DNA from: Pontiella sp. | GTDB taxonomy: Bacteria > Verrucomicrobiota > Kiritimatiellia > Kiritimatiellales > Pontiellaceae | NCBI GenBank assembly: GCA_050290185.1 | Contig: JBNKHE010000001.1 | Span: forward strand, 740,803-804,802 | Length of the DNA stretch: 64,000 bases | Direction: 5' to 3' | Part shown: positions 18,232 through 27,713 of the stretch, in pieces | Position numbering within the stretch: the first letter of the stretch is position 1 | Layout of the letters: each line of letters opens with the position of its first letter | Program-made: the position numbers and the translations under genes | The notes under the pieces: generated by a model | What the model was told of the DNA's origin: nothing | Seen by the model: only the letters and a program-made list of their open reading frames with translations | Databases searched by the model: none

Positions 18232-20265
18232 ATGAAAAACATCCCCATTGATAATGTCCGCAACTTCGCTCTTATGGGCCACACTGGTAGCGGGAAGACA
18301 TCACTGATCGACAGCATTCTGTTCAAGCTGGGTCAGGTGGATCGCGTGGGCTCTCCGGAAAACGGTACCAGTGTGGCCGATTGGACCGCCGAAGAAAAAG
18401 CACATGGTATTTCCATCTGGGCGAAACCCTTCGACGGCGTCTACACCGCCGCCTCCCGCAAGGTTCGCCGCCTCGTCATGATCGACACCCCCGGCTTCGC
18501 CGACTTTATCGGCGCAATGATTTCCGCGGCCGAAGTCACCGACGCCGCTCTCATCACCGTCGACGCCTCCGCCGGCATCCAGGTCGGCACCCAGCGCGCA
18601 TGGAAAGCCGCCGAAAAACGCAACCTGCCCCGCGGCATCGCCATCACCTGCCTCGACAAGGACGACACCGATTTTGAAGCCACCCTTGCGGAAATCAAGC
18701 TGCGCTGGGGCGACGACCGCTGCGTGCCCATGGTCCTGCCGACCTCCGACGGCAAGGCCATCGATATTCTCAACTGCCCGAACGACCAGGTTCCAGACGA
18801 GCTGAAGGACCGCGTCAAGGCCATCAAGGACCACCTCATTGAACTCGCAGCCGAAACCGACGACTCGCTCATGGAAAAATATTTCGAAGGGCAGGAACTC
18901 ACCGCCGACGAGTTTTCCGAAGGCCTGCGCAAGTCCGTGCACGATGCGCACCTCATTCCCGTCTTCGCCACCTCGGTCAAAAAGGACATGGGCGTGAAGG
19001 AAACCATGGACTCCATCAGCCGCCTATTCCCCTCGCCGCACGACTATCCCGTCAGCTGCGCGGAAGGCAACCAGATTTCCGCCGAAGAGGACCAGCCTTT
19101 CTCGGGCCAGGTCTGGCGTTGCTTCAGCGATGCCTTCATCGGACAGATGACTTTTGTCCGCATCTACAGCGGAGTCCTCAAGCCCGGCATGGAAGTTTTC
19201 AATGCCACCAAGGGAGAAAAGGAAAAGGTCGGAACGATTCTCTACGTGGACGGAAAGAAAACCACCGAGGCCCAGGAAGCCAAAGCCGGCGACATTGTTG
19301 CGATCACCAAGCTCAAGAACACCTATCTCAACGACTCGCTCTGCGCCGTTGGAAGCAATATCAGGTTCGAACCGATCGTCTTCCCCTCCCCGGTCACCGC
19401 CTATGCCGTCGAACCGAAAAACAAGGCCGATGCCGACAAGATCGGGCAGGCGCTCCATCGCGCCACCGACGAGGACCCGTCCATCCGGCTCGACCATAAC
19501 ACCGAGACGCACGAGCTGGTTCTCTGGGGCATGGGCGACATGCACCTTGAAGTCACCCTAGAGCATATCCGCAACCGCAGCGCCGTGGAAATGACCCACC
19601 ATACTCCACACGTTGCCTACAAGGAAACGATCACGGGCAGCGGCGAAGGCCACTACAAGCACAAGAAGCAATCCGGCGGCCGCGGACAGTATGGTGAATG
19701 CTACATCCGCATCCGTCCGCGCGATCCGAACGATGAAATCTGGTTCATCAACAAGCTCGTCGGCGGCTCGATTCCGGGCAACTTTGTCCCCGCCTGCGAA
19801 AAGGGTTTTGTGGAAGGCCTGAACAAGGGCCCGCTCGTCGGAGCGGAAGTAATCAACGTGCAGATCGAGCTCTACGACGGATCTTACCATGACGTCGACT
19901 CATCCGAAGTCGCCTTCAAGATCGCCGGCTCGCGCGCCCTGCACGAGGCCATCGAGAAGTCGAATCCGGTACTGCTCGAACCCATCGTGAGCGTCAAGGT
20001 CATCGTGCCCGAACAGTTCATGGGCGACATCTCCGGCCTGCTCAACACCAAACGCGGCCGCATCCTCGGCATGGGTCCGGAAGATGGACTGCAAGCCATC
20101 GATGCCGACGTGCCCCAGGCTGAAATGTTCAAGTTCTGCTCCGAGCTGCGCTCGATCACCAGCGGACAAGGCTCCTTCGAAATGGACTTCAGCCGCTACG
20201 AGCAGGTACCCGCACACATGGCCTCGAAAGTCATCGAAGCCGCCAAGACGGAGCATGACGACTAG
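18232..20265 (+). CDS. Elongation factor G paralog (EF-G II / FusA2-like)
   Basis: GHTGSGKT, DTPGF, GMGDMHLE, YKETI, KKQSGGRGQYG, DGSYHDVDSSE, LLEPI; strong SD AAGGAG. Confidence 0.9.
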   Translation: MKNIPIDNVRNFALMGHTGSGKTSLIDSILFKLGQVDRVGSPENGTSVADWTAEEKAHGISIWAKPFDGVYTAASRKVRRLVMIDTPGFADFIGAMISAAEVTDAALITVDASAGIQVGTQRAWKAAEKRNLPRGIAITCLDKDDTDFEATLAEIKLRWGDDRCVPMVLPTSDGKAIDILNCPNDQVPDELKDRVKAIKDHLIELAAETDDSLMEKYFEGQELTADEFSEGLRKSVHDAHLIPVFATSVKKDMGVKETMDSISRLFPSPHDYPVSCAEGNQISAEEDQPFSGQVWRCFSDAFIGQMTFVRIYSGVLKPGMEVFNATKGEKEKVGTILYVDGKKTTEAQEAKAGDIVAITKLKNTYLNDSLCAVGSNIRFEPIVFPSPVTAYAVEPKNKADADKIGQALHRATDEDPSIRLDHNTETHELVLWGMGDMHLEVTLEHIRNRSAVEMTHHTPHVAYKETITGSGEGHYKHKKQSGGRGQYGECYIRIRPRDPNDEIWFINKLVGGSIPGNFVPACEKGFVEGLNKGPLVGAEVINVQIELYDGSYHDVDSSEVAFKIAGSRALHEAIEKSNPVLLEPIVSVKVIVPEQFMGDISGLLNTKRGRILGMGPEDGLQAIDADVPQAEMFKFCSELRSITSGQGSFEMDFSRYEQVPAHMASKVIEAAKTEHDD

Positions 20266-20293
20266 CTAAACCCGCCGGGCAACGGAAAACAAC

Positions 20294-20321
20294 GGGGGCA
20301 GGCTGCAAGCCTGCCCTTTTT
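20294..20321 (+). terminator. Intrinsic terminator after the EF-G paralog
   Basis: GGGCAGGCT-GCA-AGCCTGCCC followed by TTTTT. Confidence 0.8.
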
Positions 20322-20436
20322 CATGCTCTGGACACACCGCACGTCCCGGCCATGTACTTCCGCTGAAGCTGATTCCAGTGGCGTATTGACCAAGCAACCA
20401 ATTTTAATTCTTAACAATAAGCCCTCAGGCTATAAG

Positions 20437-20452
20437 TGGCACGTTGAATGCA
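20437..20452 (+). promoter_or_regulatory. sigma54 promoter
   Basis: TGGCACGTTGAATGCA (GG-N10-GC) preceded by an AT-rich tract. Confidence 0.7.
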
Positions 20453-20599
20453 TCTTCACTGGCGAACCGTACGTGCCTTTCCTAGACATGGTGGAAAGAT
20501 CCGGCCATGCCCATAGAAGTATCAGGCGTATGACCGTATCGTAATGGCATATACACGCTGAATGGAGATGGATTTAACCGTAACCCAAGGGTTCGGATC

Positions 20600-21322
20600 A
20601 TGAATAGACGCCGGTATATGGACCAGCTTCCCAAACAGAGCGCACTTCGCCAGTCCAGGATCGCCATCGTGCTCATAGCGGGCTTCCCGGTTATAGCGAC
20701 CCTATATATATGGGCCATGCTCCAGCTGCAACCGGAACAGCTCTCCCTGTACATCCCTGCGGGCATTTTCGCATCCACGATAATCCTGGCGGCCACCGGG
20801 TGTTCGATCCTGCTGAAATTTCCGAAAAACATCATGCGGCTGCGGCAGTATATTGCCGAAGCCGGCCCAGCGGGCTTTCCCTCCACCATCAGCCTGAGCG
20901 ATACGCGAGATTCCGATGACCTGCGGCATATCGAAAACGACCTGAATGCCGTGCTCCGGAAAATGCGACAGCAAATTGAACAGGCCGAACTCAACCAGCG
21001 CAAGGAGCATTGGCTAAGGGAAAAGGTGGAGGAACAGCAGCGCGCACTGATCCATGCCGAACGCCACCGCGCCATGATCCAAAGCCTTGGCGCGGCCTGC
21101 CATCACCTCGGGCAGCCCGTGACGACGCTGAAAATACGCCTGTATCTTATGAAGCAGCACGGCGACCTATCGGAGAAGGAGCGTGAAAATATCGCAGAAT
21201 GCGAGACGGACATCGAAATGGTCCAGTCTGTTCTCGAACGGCTCAGAACCGTCAGCCAGTTCAGAACGGAACCGTATATCTCCGACGAAAACAAGGGAGA
21301 GAATGAAATCCTGGCTATCTAG
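20600..21322 (+). CDS. 2-TM HAMP-like + DHp (HisKA-like) protein lacking a catalytic ATPase domain, copy 1
   Basis: Two TM helices, SDDLRHIENDLNAVL HAMP-like segment, coiled coil, H-box-like SLGAACHHLGQP; ends about 70 aa later with no N/G boxes. Confidence 0.75.
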   Translation: MNRRRYMDQLPKQSALRQSRIAIVLIAGFPVIATLYIWAMLQLQPEQLSLYIPAGIFASTIILAATGCSILLKFPKNIMRLRQYIAEAGPAGFPSTISLSDTRDSDDLRHIENDLNAVLRKMRQQIEQAELNQRKEHWLREKVEEQQRALIHAERHRAMIQSLGAACHHLGQPVTTLKIRLYLMKQHGDLSEKERENIAECETDIEMVQSVLERLRTVSQFRTEPYISDENKGENEILAI

Positions 21323-21540
21323 ACAATGGTTTCGGACAGGTGCCCCCCCACACGCGCGTCCACCGTAATCTCCGCCGTTTCGTCCGAACCCGCCATAGTG
21401 ACCGCCTTTTATCAATCATTACCCGCATGATTTTAAAGATTCATAACCCATTCATTTCATATCACTTGGCGTAATTTTATCCATGCAAACGGATGGCTGG
21501 TTTATGAATCCCGGTCTTCCGATTAGAGAGGAGATGTCTG

Positions 21541-22266
21541 GTGAATAGGATTTATCACTTAACGCATTTAGCTTCCCGGAATGCGTTGCGTCAAACGATC
21601 ATCGCCACGTTGCTGATGTCGGTCATTCCCCTATTGTCGATGATCTACATTGTCGTTATGGTTTGGATATATCCCGGAAGGATCACGTATATGACCGGGG
21701 CGGTGCTGATCGCATTGATTCTGCTTATGAACATTGCCGGATTCCTCATTCAGCTTGAATACCCAAGAATTCTCATGAAGCTCCGCAACCATATCTCCGG
21801 CATTGCCCGCGGAATACTGCCGGACAAAGGCCGTCTGCCCGAATCCCGCAACTCCGATGACTTGATCGATTTGGAAAACGGAGTCAACGAGGTGATCGAG
21901 GAAATGCGGCGGCAACTCAGGGTTGCCCGGGATAACCAGCTTCTGGAACAAGAGCGACGGCAACGCATCGAACAGCAGCAACAGGAGCTTATCCATGCCG
22001 AAAAACACCGCGCCATGATCCAAACCCTCGGAGCGGTCTGCCATCATATGGGGCCGCCTTTGAAGATCCTGCGCATGCGCATGCGTTTGATGAAGCATAT
22101 TGATGATATGTCGCCCATGGAACGGGTGCAGATCGAGGAGTGCAAGAAGGAACTCGAAGTCACCGTGAACATCATCGAGCGCTTAAGAACCATCCGCGAA
22201 TTCAGGACCGAACCATACACCGGCGACGACGACCACTACAACGATACTGAAATCCTGGCCATATAG
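21541..22266 (+). CDS. 2-TM HAMP-like + DHp protein lacking an ATPase domain, copy 2 (paralog)
   Basis: Same architecture; TLGAVCHHMGPP; shared ending FRTEPY...EILAI; SD GAGGAG. Confidence 0.75.
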   Translation: MNRIYHLTHLASRNALRQTIIATLLMSVIPLLSMIYIVVMVWIYPGRITYMTGAVLIALILLMNIAGFLIQLEYPRILMKLRNHISGIARGILPDKGRLPESRNSDDLIDLENGVNEVIEEMRRQLRVARDNQLLEQERRQRIEQQQQELIHAEKHRAMIQTLGAVCHHMGPPLKILRMRMRLMKHIDDMSPMERVQIEECKKELEVTVNIIERLRTIREFRTEPYTGDDDHYNDTEILAI

Positions 22267-22297
22267 CATTCCGTCGGCAAGACGGCCGGCCAACGGG

Positions 22298-22333
22298 GAA
22301 AAAAAGGGCAGGCATGCGGCCTGCCCTTTCTTT
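22298..22333. terminator. Bidirectional terminator
   Basis: AAAAAAAGGGCAGGC-ATGCG-GCCTGCCCTTTCTTT between convergent genes. Confidence 0.75.
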
Positions 22334-22449
22334 ATGGATGCGATGACTGGATATTGGAATGAACCGCGAATGAACGTAAGAAACACGAGAACACATCCGG
22401 TTCAATGTTCATACCCCATCAGCGGGAATGCAACCGGATCTGGATAGTC

Positions 22450-22477
22450 GACGCGACGCCCTCGTCGCTTCTACGTT
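22450..22477. repeat. REP-like element (GTAG family)
   Basis: Reverse complement AACGTAGAAGCGACGAGGGCGTCGC; related to AACGTAGAGGCGACGCCCTC at 63981-64000. Confidence 0.55.
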
Positions 22478-22507
22478 ACAGGCTCCCTCATGCGAGGAGT
22501 GTAAACT

Positions 22508-22942
22508 TTATTCCTTCCCAAGCTCCTCCGTGGCCTCCTTCTTGCCCATGGCACGGATTTCCTGCAGCCGGGTCTGGATGGCTTCGCCCCGTAGCGCGAT
22601 CTTGCCTTCGGTTTTTTCCCAGCGCACGACGGTCTGCTGGGTGACGCCGGCGAGCTGGGCCAGCTCCATTTGCGTGATGCCCAGACGCTTCCGAAGCGAC
22701 AATACGCCTTTGCCGGTGATCCAAAACCGTTGCTCCGTTTCTTCCTCGACCGCCGGAGCGGATTGACCGAGTTCCTTTTGCAGCCGCTTCACTTCCTTTT
22801 GTTGCTCGGAGAGTTCCCGCCGCAGGTCGGCGATATACTTCCGTTGCTGGGCATTGACCCGTTTGATGGGATCCAGTTCCTTCTTGATTTCCCTGCGCGC
22901 CACGCGCGCAATCTCTGATCGAAGTTCTTTTATAACAGACAT
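22508..22942 (-). CDS. XRE-family HTH regulator with N-terminal coiled coil
   Basis: LRSEIARVARREIK coiled coil; LRKRLGITQMELAQLAGVTQQTVVRWEK HTH_3; SD AAGGAG. Confidence 0.85.
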   Translation of the reverse strand: MSVIKELRSEIARVARREIKKELDPIKRVNAQQRKYIADLRRELSEQQKEVKRLQKELGQSAPAVEEETEQRFWITGKGVLSLRKRLGITQMELAQLAGVTQQTVVRWEKTEGKIALRGEAIQTRLQEIRAMGKKEATEELGKE

Positions 22943-23193
22943 ATTTTATCTCCTTTGCTTCTCAAAGTTCTATCTCAACAAATGATATATGACAAGGTTC
23001 TATTCATATCTGCCGGATATTGCGGGTTGCCTCAATGATGGTTCCAATGAAAATCTCCGTCTGATTCTCTTCGAGTAGTTCGGGAATCCTGAGGTCGCCC
23101 GGCAGGTTCGTGGTAAAGACACGTAAATTGTTGCTGTTTATGCTAGCGGATGCGCATGACGGGAGTAAAAAAAACCTCTGAGAGGAAAGAATA

Positions 23194-24858
23194 ATGTTAA
23201 CACGATTTTTATGGCGGCTCCTGCTTCTCTGGTGCGTGATGCCGATGGTTACTTCAGAGGCGGCCTCCCTGACGCGGGGTCCCTATCTCCAATTTGCGTC
23301 CCCCACGACGATGTCCGTGCGGTGGCGAACAGACACCGTGAACACGGGCCGTGTGTTCTTTGGGGTATCGCAGACCAATCTGAATCAGTCGGTGCAGGAA
23401 AGCGGGAACACGGATGAACATGAGATACCGCTCTCGGGCTTACAGCCTGCGACAACCTACTACTACGCCGTCGGGACCGGAACCAACATCCTGGCCGGCG
23501 ATGAAAGCTACCGGTTCAGAACGTTTCCCGCAGCCGGCACAAGAGACTCGATCCGCGCCTGGATACTCGGAGATCCGGGAACGGGATCGGTCAATGCCCT
23601 GGCCGTCTATACCGCCTATCTGGGCTTCACCGGAACGAACCGGACCGACCTTCTGCTTACGCTGGGCGACAACACCTACGAAAACGGAACCGATGCAGAA
23701 TTTCAAACCGGCTTTTTTACCCCTTACCAGGAAATACTGCGGACCACTCCGGTCTTTCCGAGCTTTGGCAACCACGATGGCAGATCCTCCAACAGCTCGT
23801 CCCAGACCGGCCCCTATTACAATAACTTTTCCCTTCCGACAGCCGCAGAGTGCGGCGGCAGGGCATCAGCAACGGAAGCCTATTACAGCGTCGACTATGG
23901 CAATGCGCATTTTATCTGCCTGGACTCCTATGGATCCGACCGCACCACCAACAGCGCCATGTACGCATGGACAAAGCAGGATTTGACCGCATGTACGTCC
24001 ACATGGATCATTGCGTACTGGCATCATCCCCCGTACTCCATGGGCTCCTATAACTCCGATGAGCAAACGAAAATGATCGATATGCGCTCAAACTTTCTCC
24101 CGCTGCTGGAGCAGTATGGCGTTGATCTGGTGCTGGGGGGACATAGCCATGCTTACGAGCGAACCTATTTGATGAATAGCCACTACGGTTATTCCGGAAG
24201 CTACGACTTCAATAGCCATGCCCTGAATCAGGGCAACGGACAGGAGGGCGGAGATGGCGCGTACATGAAACCATCGGCCATAAAGGCAGCCCATTCCGGA
24301 ACCGTCTATGTGGTGTCGGGAGCAAGCGGGAAAGAGGTAACAAGCCTTCTTGGCGACCATCCCGCAATGCAAACCAACCGGCTCGATATGGGCTCGGTGG
24401 TACTGGATATCGCCAGCAACCGGCTCGATTTCGTTTATCTGAACAAGGATGGCCTTATCTCAGATTCATTTTCCATGCTTAAAGGCGAAGCCGACTATGA
24501 CGGGGACGGTATGCCCGACCTGTGGGAACAGGACAAATTCCGCATCAATGTCGCGCCGGAAGATAATGCGGACGGAGATCCCGCCGATAATCTAAGTGAA
24601 TTTATCGCAGGTACCGACCCTGCCAACGCCGATTCCTATTTCAGCATCACCACAAACGTCCTGGACGCAACGAACTTCGTTCTGCACTGGTCCAGCGTCA
24701 GCAACCGCTTCTACAACGTGCAGTGGTCCAGCCATCTGACCAATACCATGGTGAGCATTGCGACGAACCTCCTCTATCCGCAAAACTCCTATACGGACAC
24801 GCTGAACACGGCCTTAGAGGCGGGCTTCTACCGTGTAGAGGTTGGCGTCTCTGAATAA
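23194..24858 (+). CDS. Secreted purple-acid-phosphatase-like metallophosphoesterase (FN3 + Metallophos + C-terminal module)
   Basis: RGPYLQ...VRWRTD, GLQPATTYYY, LGD, LGDNTY, GNHD, HHPPY, GHSH. Confidence 0.9.
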   Translation: MLTRFLWRLLLLWCVMPMVTSEAASLTRGPYLQFASPTTMSVRWRTDTVNTGRVFFGVSQTNLNQSVQESGNTDEHEIPLSGLQPATTYYYAVGTGTNILAGDESYRFRTFPAAGTRDSIRAWILGDPGTGSVNALAVYTAYLGFTGTNRTDLLLTLGDNTYENGTDAEFQTGFFTPYQEILRTTPVFPSFGNHDGRSSNSSSQTGPYYNNFSLPTAAECGGRASATEAYYSVDYGNAHFICLDSYGSDRTTNSAMYAWTKQDLTACTSTWIIAYWHHPPYSMGSYNSDEQTKMIDMRSNFLPLLEQYGVDLVLGGHSHAYERTYLMNSHYGYSGSYDFNSHALNQGNGQEGGDGAYMKPSAIKAAHSGTVYVVSGASGKEVTSLLGDHPAMQTNRLDMGSVVLDIASNRLDFVYLNKDGLISDSFSMLKGEADYDGDGMPDLWEQDKFRINVAPEDNADGDPADNLSEFIAGTDPANADSYFSITTNVLDATNFVLHWSSVSNRFYNVQWSSHLTNTMVSIATNLLYPQNSYTDTLNTALEAGFYRVEVGVSE

Positions 24859-25044
24859 CCGGATAGCCGACACTCCACCTTTCAACGCCTTCGAAGCCGG
24901 TCATGAGATAACCATGACAGACCGCCCTCGGCTGGACCGGCGAAAACCATAGGGCGTTGACGCGAAGGTCGCACAAAGACGACAGCGTTCCACCACGCCC
25001 GGAAAGTGCCAGCCAGGGGCAATGATTCTGGAATGGACACCGTG

Positions 25045-25419
25045 TTATTCGGCGTTGGTGAGATACATGGTGGCGGTGGCTTTGGCGACCAGCTCGCCGG
25101 CGGCATTCCTGATCGCCCCTTCCACATAGGCCGTGCGGCGGGTGGCATGGATAAGGAAGCCGGTGGCGGTCAACCGGCCTTTCTTAACGGCCGTGAGATA
25201 ATTGATCTTCATCTCGAGCGTGACGCCGGTATTGCGCTCCGGCGGCAGGGTGTCAAAAAAGGCGCGCGACATGGTGGTATCGAGCAGCGTGAACAGGACG
25301 CCGCCGTGCGCATGGCCATAGCGATTCCAATGCCGCTCTTCCAGTTCCAGTTCCATAACGTAGGCACCGTCGCGCATACCGACATCGATGAGCCCGACCT
25401 GTTCGTTAAAATCCTTCAT
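25045..25419 (-). CDS. PaaI-family hotdog thioesterase
   Basis: HWNRYGHAHGGVLFTLLD, TLEMKINYL; SD GGAGGT. Confidence 0.9.
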   Translation of the reverse strand: MKDFNEQVGLIDVGMRDGAYVMELELEERHWNRYGHAHGGVLFTLLDTTMSRAFFDTLPPERNTGVTLEMKINYLTAVKKGRLTATGFLIHATRRTAYVEGAIRNAAGELVAKATATMYLTNAE

Positions 25420-25509
25420 GCCACCTCCATAGCCTGACTACATTTTTACCTCGGAGGACACACTGGGCCCCGAGGCAACGCCGGGGTATTTCGTGATTAC
25501 TAAAACACA

Positions 25510-27687
25510 TCATGCAACCTCCGCCTTCACAGTTTGGGCTTCTCGTTCACGGATAAATTCGAGCACTTCATGGAATATTTTTTCGCGTCCGTTCTGCTGG
25601 ACCAGATTGTGGTAGTCGGCCTCCACGAACACTTTTTTCTTAATGCTGGACGCGATATGCTTGTAGATGACATCGGCGCTTTCGGGATCGGCCACCGGAT
25701 CGTCGGATCCATGGATGATCAGGCAAGGAGCCTCCACTTCGGCCAGATGATCGCGGCAGACGGACATGAGATTGCAGAACTCCCGTACGCCTTCGAGATA
25801 GTGCACGGGATAGTTAATATCAGGGGTTTCAGATATATTCTCGATGCTCTCGGCCATCGTGACTCCCATCCCGATTTTTTTCATCATCCGGTTCCAGCCC
25901 AGCGCGGCAGGAGCAATGGTGCAGGTGTGGCGCTTCATCAGGATCAACGGCGTATCGATGCAGAAGATGGAATCGATGGCGCTTTGCTTGCGGGCGGCAT
26001 TCAGCAACACCAGCAGGGCGCCGGCGGAGAAACCGCCGAGAATCACTTTCTGGCAGCTGTTGCGTACAACGGCATAAGCGCGGTTGAACGACAGTACCCA
26101 GTCCTTCCAGGTGACATCGCGCAGCTGTTCCGGTGCCGTACCGAAGCCCTGGAGCCGAACACCGTAGACCGTGTAGCCGGCATCGTGCAGGTATTCGCCG
26201 AGCGGCCGCATTTCCTCGGGCGCCGCGAGATAGCCGTGGCAGAGCACAATGCCCGTGTCACGATTAGGCGATTTGAGAAAGAACGGCCGGCCAATGGATG
26301 GCGCTTTGGACAGCCCTTCTTTAAAGTACTGGGCATAGTCCTCCTCGAAGTGCTGAACATCCAGTGCCGCCATACGCTCGGCCAGCTCCTCCCTCCGACC
26401 GGATGAAGACATGTTGACATATCGCGTTACGGCTTGGACGACAAACGACAAAGGTTCCACCTCGTTGGCGATCACTTTGGTCGCACCGCGCAATCGCACG
26501 GTCTCCGGGGAAGCGGCCTGCTTCATTTTACGGCGGACAATGCAATAATTACCGTTTTTACGGGAAACAATCCCTTCCTTTTTTGCCAGCGCATAGATGT
26601 CTTCCAGCGGGCCGTAGGGTTCGTCGGCAACGATCTTGATCAGATCGTTGTAAAGCGATTCATGCACACGCCGGTTGTCGTGCTCGCGGATGGTGAGCGC
26701 CGAGAGATACAGCGCCCGGTGAAAATCATCAATGGGAATCGAGTCGGCCTTCATCTCCCGCAACCCGATGCAAAAGAGATGGTCCATGTTGACGGCGGTG
26801 GTGGAGTAGATGGTTTTCATGAACCGTTCGGTCAGAGGCCAGCGCTGGGTCGAAAGCACCAGGCTCTCCCGCCGCGGCTCCTTGAGCAAAGGCAGATTGC
26901 GCAAGCGGGCAAGCGGACGTGCAAGATACTCATCCACCGGAATTGCGGGGCTGAAATAGATCGTCATGTCCGTATGTCGAAGCAGCAGGCTCCCTTCCGT
27001 CTTGAGTTCCTCGATCAGATAGTCCGGTATGTCATGCTTGATGCCGACGGCCATGCGGGAAAGAATATTGTTGTCCGGCCGCAGCGGATAGAAAGTAATG
27101 TTAACCGGGGTGACCACCAGCTCGGGAAAAAACTGGCATTGGTCCTGTTCAATACCGTAGCGCTCGCCCAGCTCCTTGATCACATCGGCATTCCCCCCGC
27201 GGCAGGCCTCCAAAAACTTTTCACGAACCAACGCGGCCTTGAGGGCCAGCACCGCGGCCCCCGTATGCGGCCGCCTCGCCTGACGGGGAAGCGACATCCG
27301 CAACTTGCCGTGCTCAACCACCTTCTTGTTTTTGACCATCACCCCTTCGGGAAATATGACCCAATCGTGCCGACCCGAAACCAGGTCGCCAATGATCAAG
27401 CGGTTGCGCAGGGGCTCGAGTGTTGAAAGTGCGCCCATCCGCCGAAGGTATTCACCGAACAAGCCTTTGAAGAGCTTGCCGTGGGCCAGGGCACGCAGTT
27501 CCTTGTCGGTATGCTTGTACAGCACGTAGGGAACGATGAAGGTTTCCATCCGTGTGAAATGGTTTACCACGAAAAGCGTCGGCCGGTCGGTGATGTTTTC
27601 CAATCCCTCGACGTGGATGGACAGCTTGAGCATGCGGTGCATCAGCCCTATCATTGCTGCGGTTGCCCTGAACACCCGGGTTGCCAT
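25510..27687 (-). CDS. Fusion of a PlsC-like acyltransferase and an alpha/beta-hydrolase (esterase/lipase)
   Basis: NHFTRME and IFPEG acyltransferase motifs; C-terminal LCHGY, GFSAG, HGSDDPV and YHN catalytic elements. Confidence 0.85.
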   Translation of the reverse strand: MATRVFRATAAMIGLMHRMLKLSIHVEGLENITDRPTLFVVNHFTRMETFIVPYVLYKHTDKELRALAHGKLFKGLFGEYLRRMGALSTLEPLRNRLIIGDLVSGRHDWVIFPEGVMVKNKKVVEHGKLRMSLPRQARRPHTGAAVLALKAALVREKFLEACRGGNADVIKELGERYGIEQDQCQFFPELVVTPVNITFYPLRPDNNILSRMAVGIKHDIPDYLIEELKTEGSLLLRHTDMTIYFSPAIPVDEYLARPLARLRNLPLLKEPRRESLVLSTQRWPLTERFMKTIYSTTAVNMDHLFCIGLREMKADSIPIDDFHRALYLSALTIREHDNRRVHESLYNDLIKIVADEPYGPLEDIYALAKKEGIVSRKNGNYCIVRRKMKQAASPETVRLRGATKVIANEVEPLSFVVQAVTRYVNMSSSGRREELAERMAALDVQHFEEDYAQYFKEGLSKAPSIGRPFFLKSPNRDTGIVLCHGYLAAPEEMRPLGEYLHDAGYTVYGVRLQGFGTAPEQLRDVTWKDWVLSFNRAYAVVRNSCQKVILGGFSAGALLVLLNAARKQSAIDSIFCIDTPLILMKRHTCTIAPAALGWNRMMKKIGMGVTMAESIENISETPDINYPVHYLEGVREFCNLMSVCRDHLAEVEAPCLIIHGSDDPVADPESADVIYKHIASSIKKKVFVEADYHNLVQQNGREKIFHEVLEFIREREAQTVKAEVA

Positions 27688-27713
27688 ATTCTACCTCACT
27701 TAATCCCTGCGGT

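Noticed and set aside
21466..21485. sigma54 promoter for the second DHp gene
   Set aside because: TTGGCGTAATTTTATCC lacks the invariant -12 GC.
22987..23009. ATATGA-N11-TCATAT operator upstream of the XRE gene
   Set aside because: Plausible autoregulatory site, but 6-bp arms in AT-rich DNA are too weak to support.
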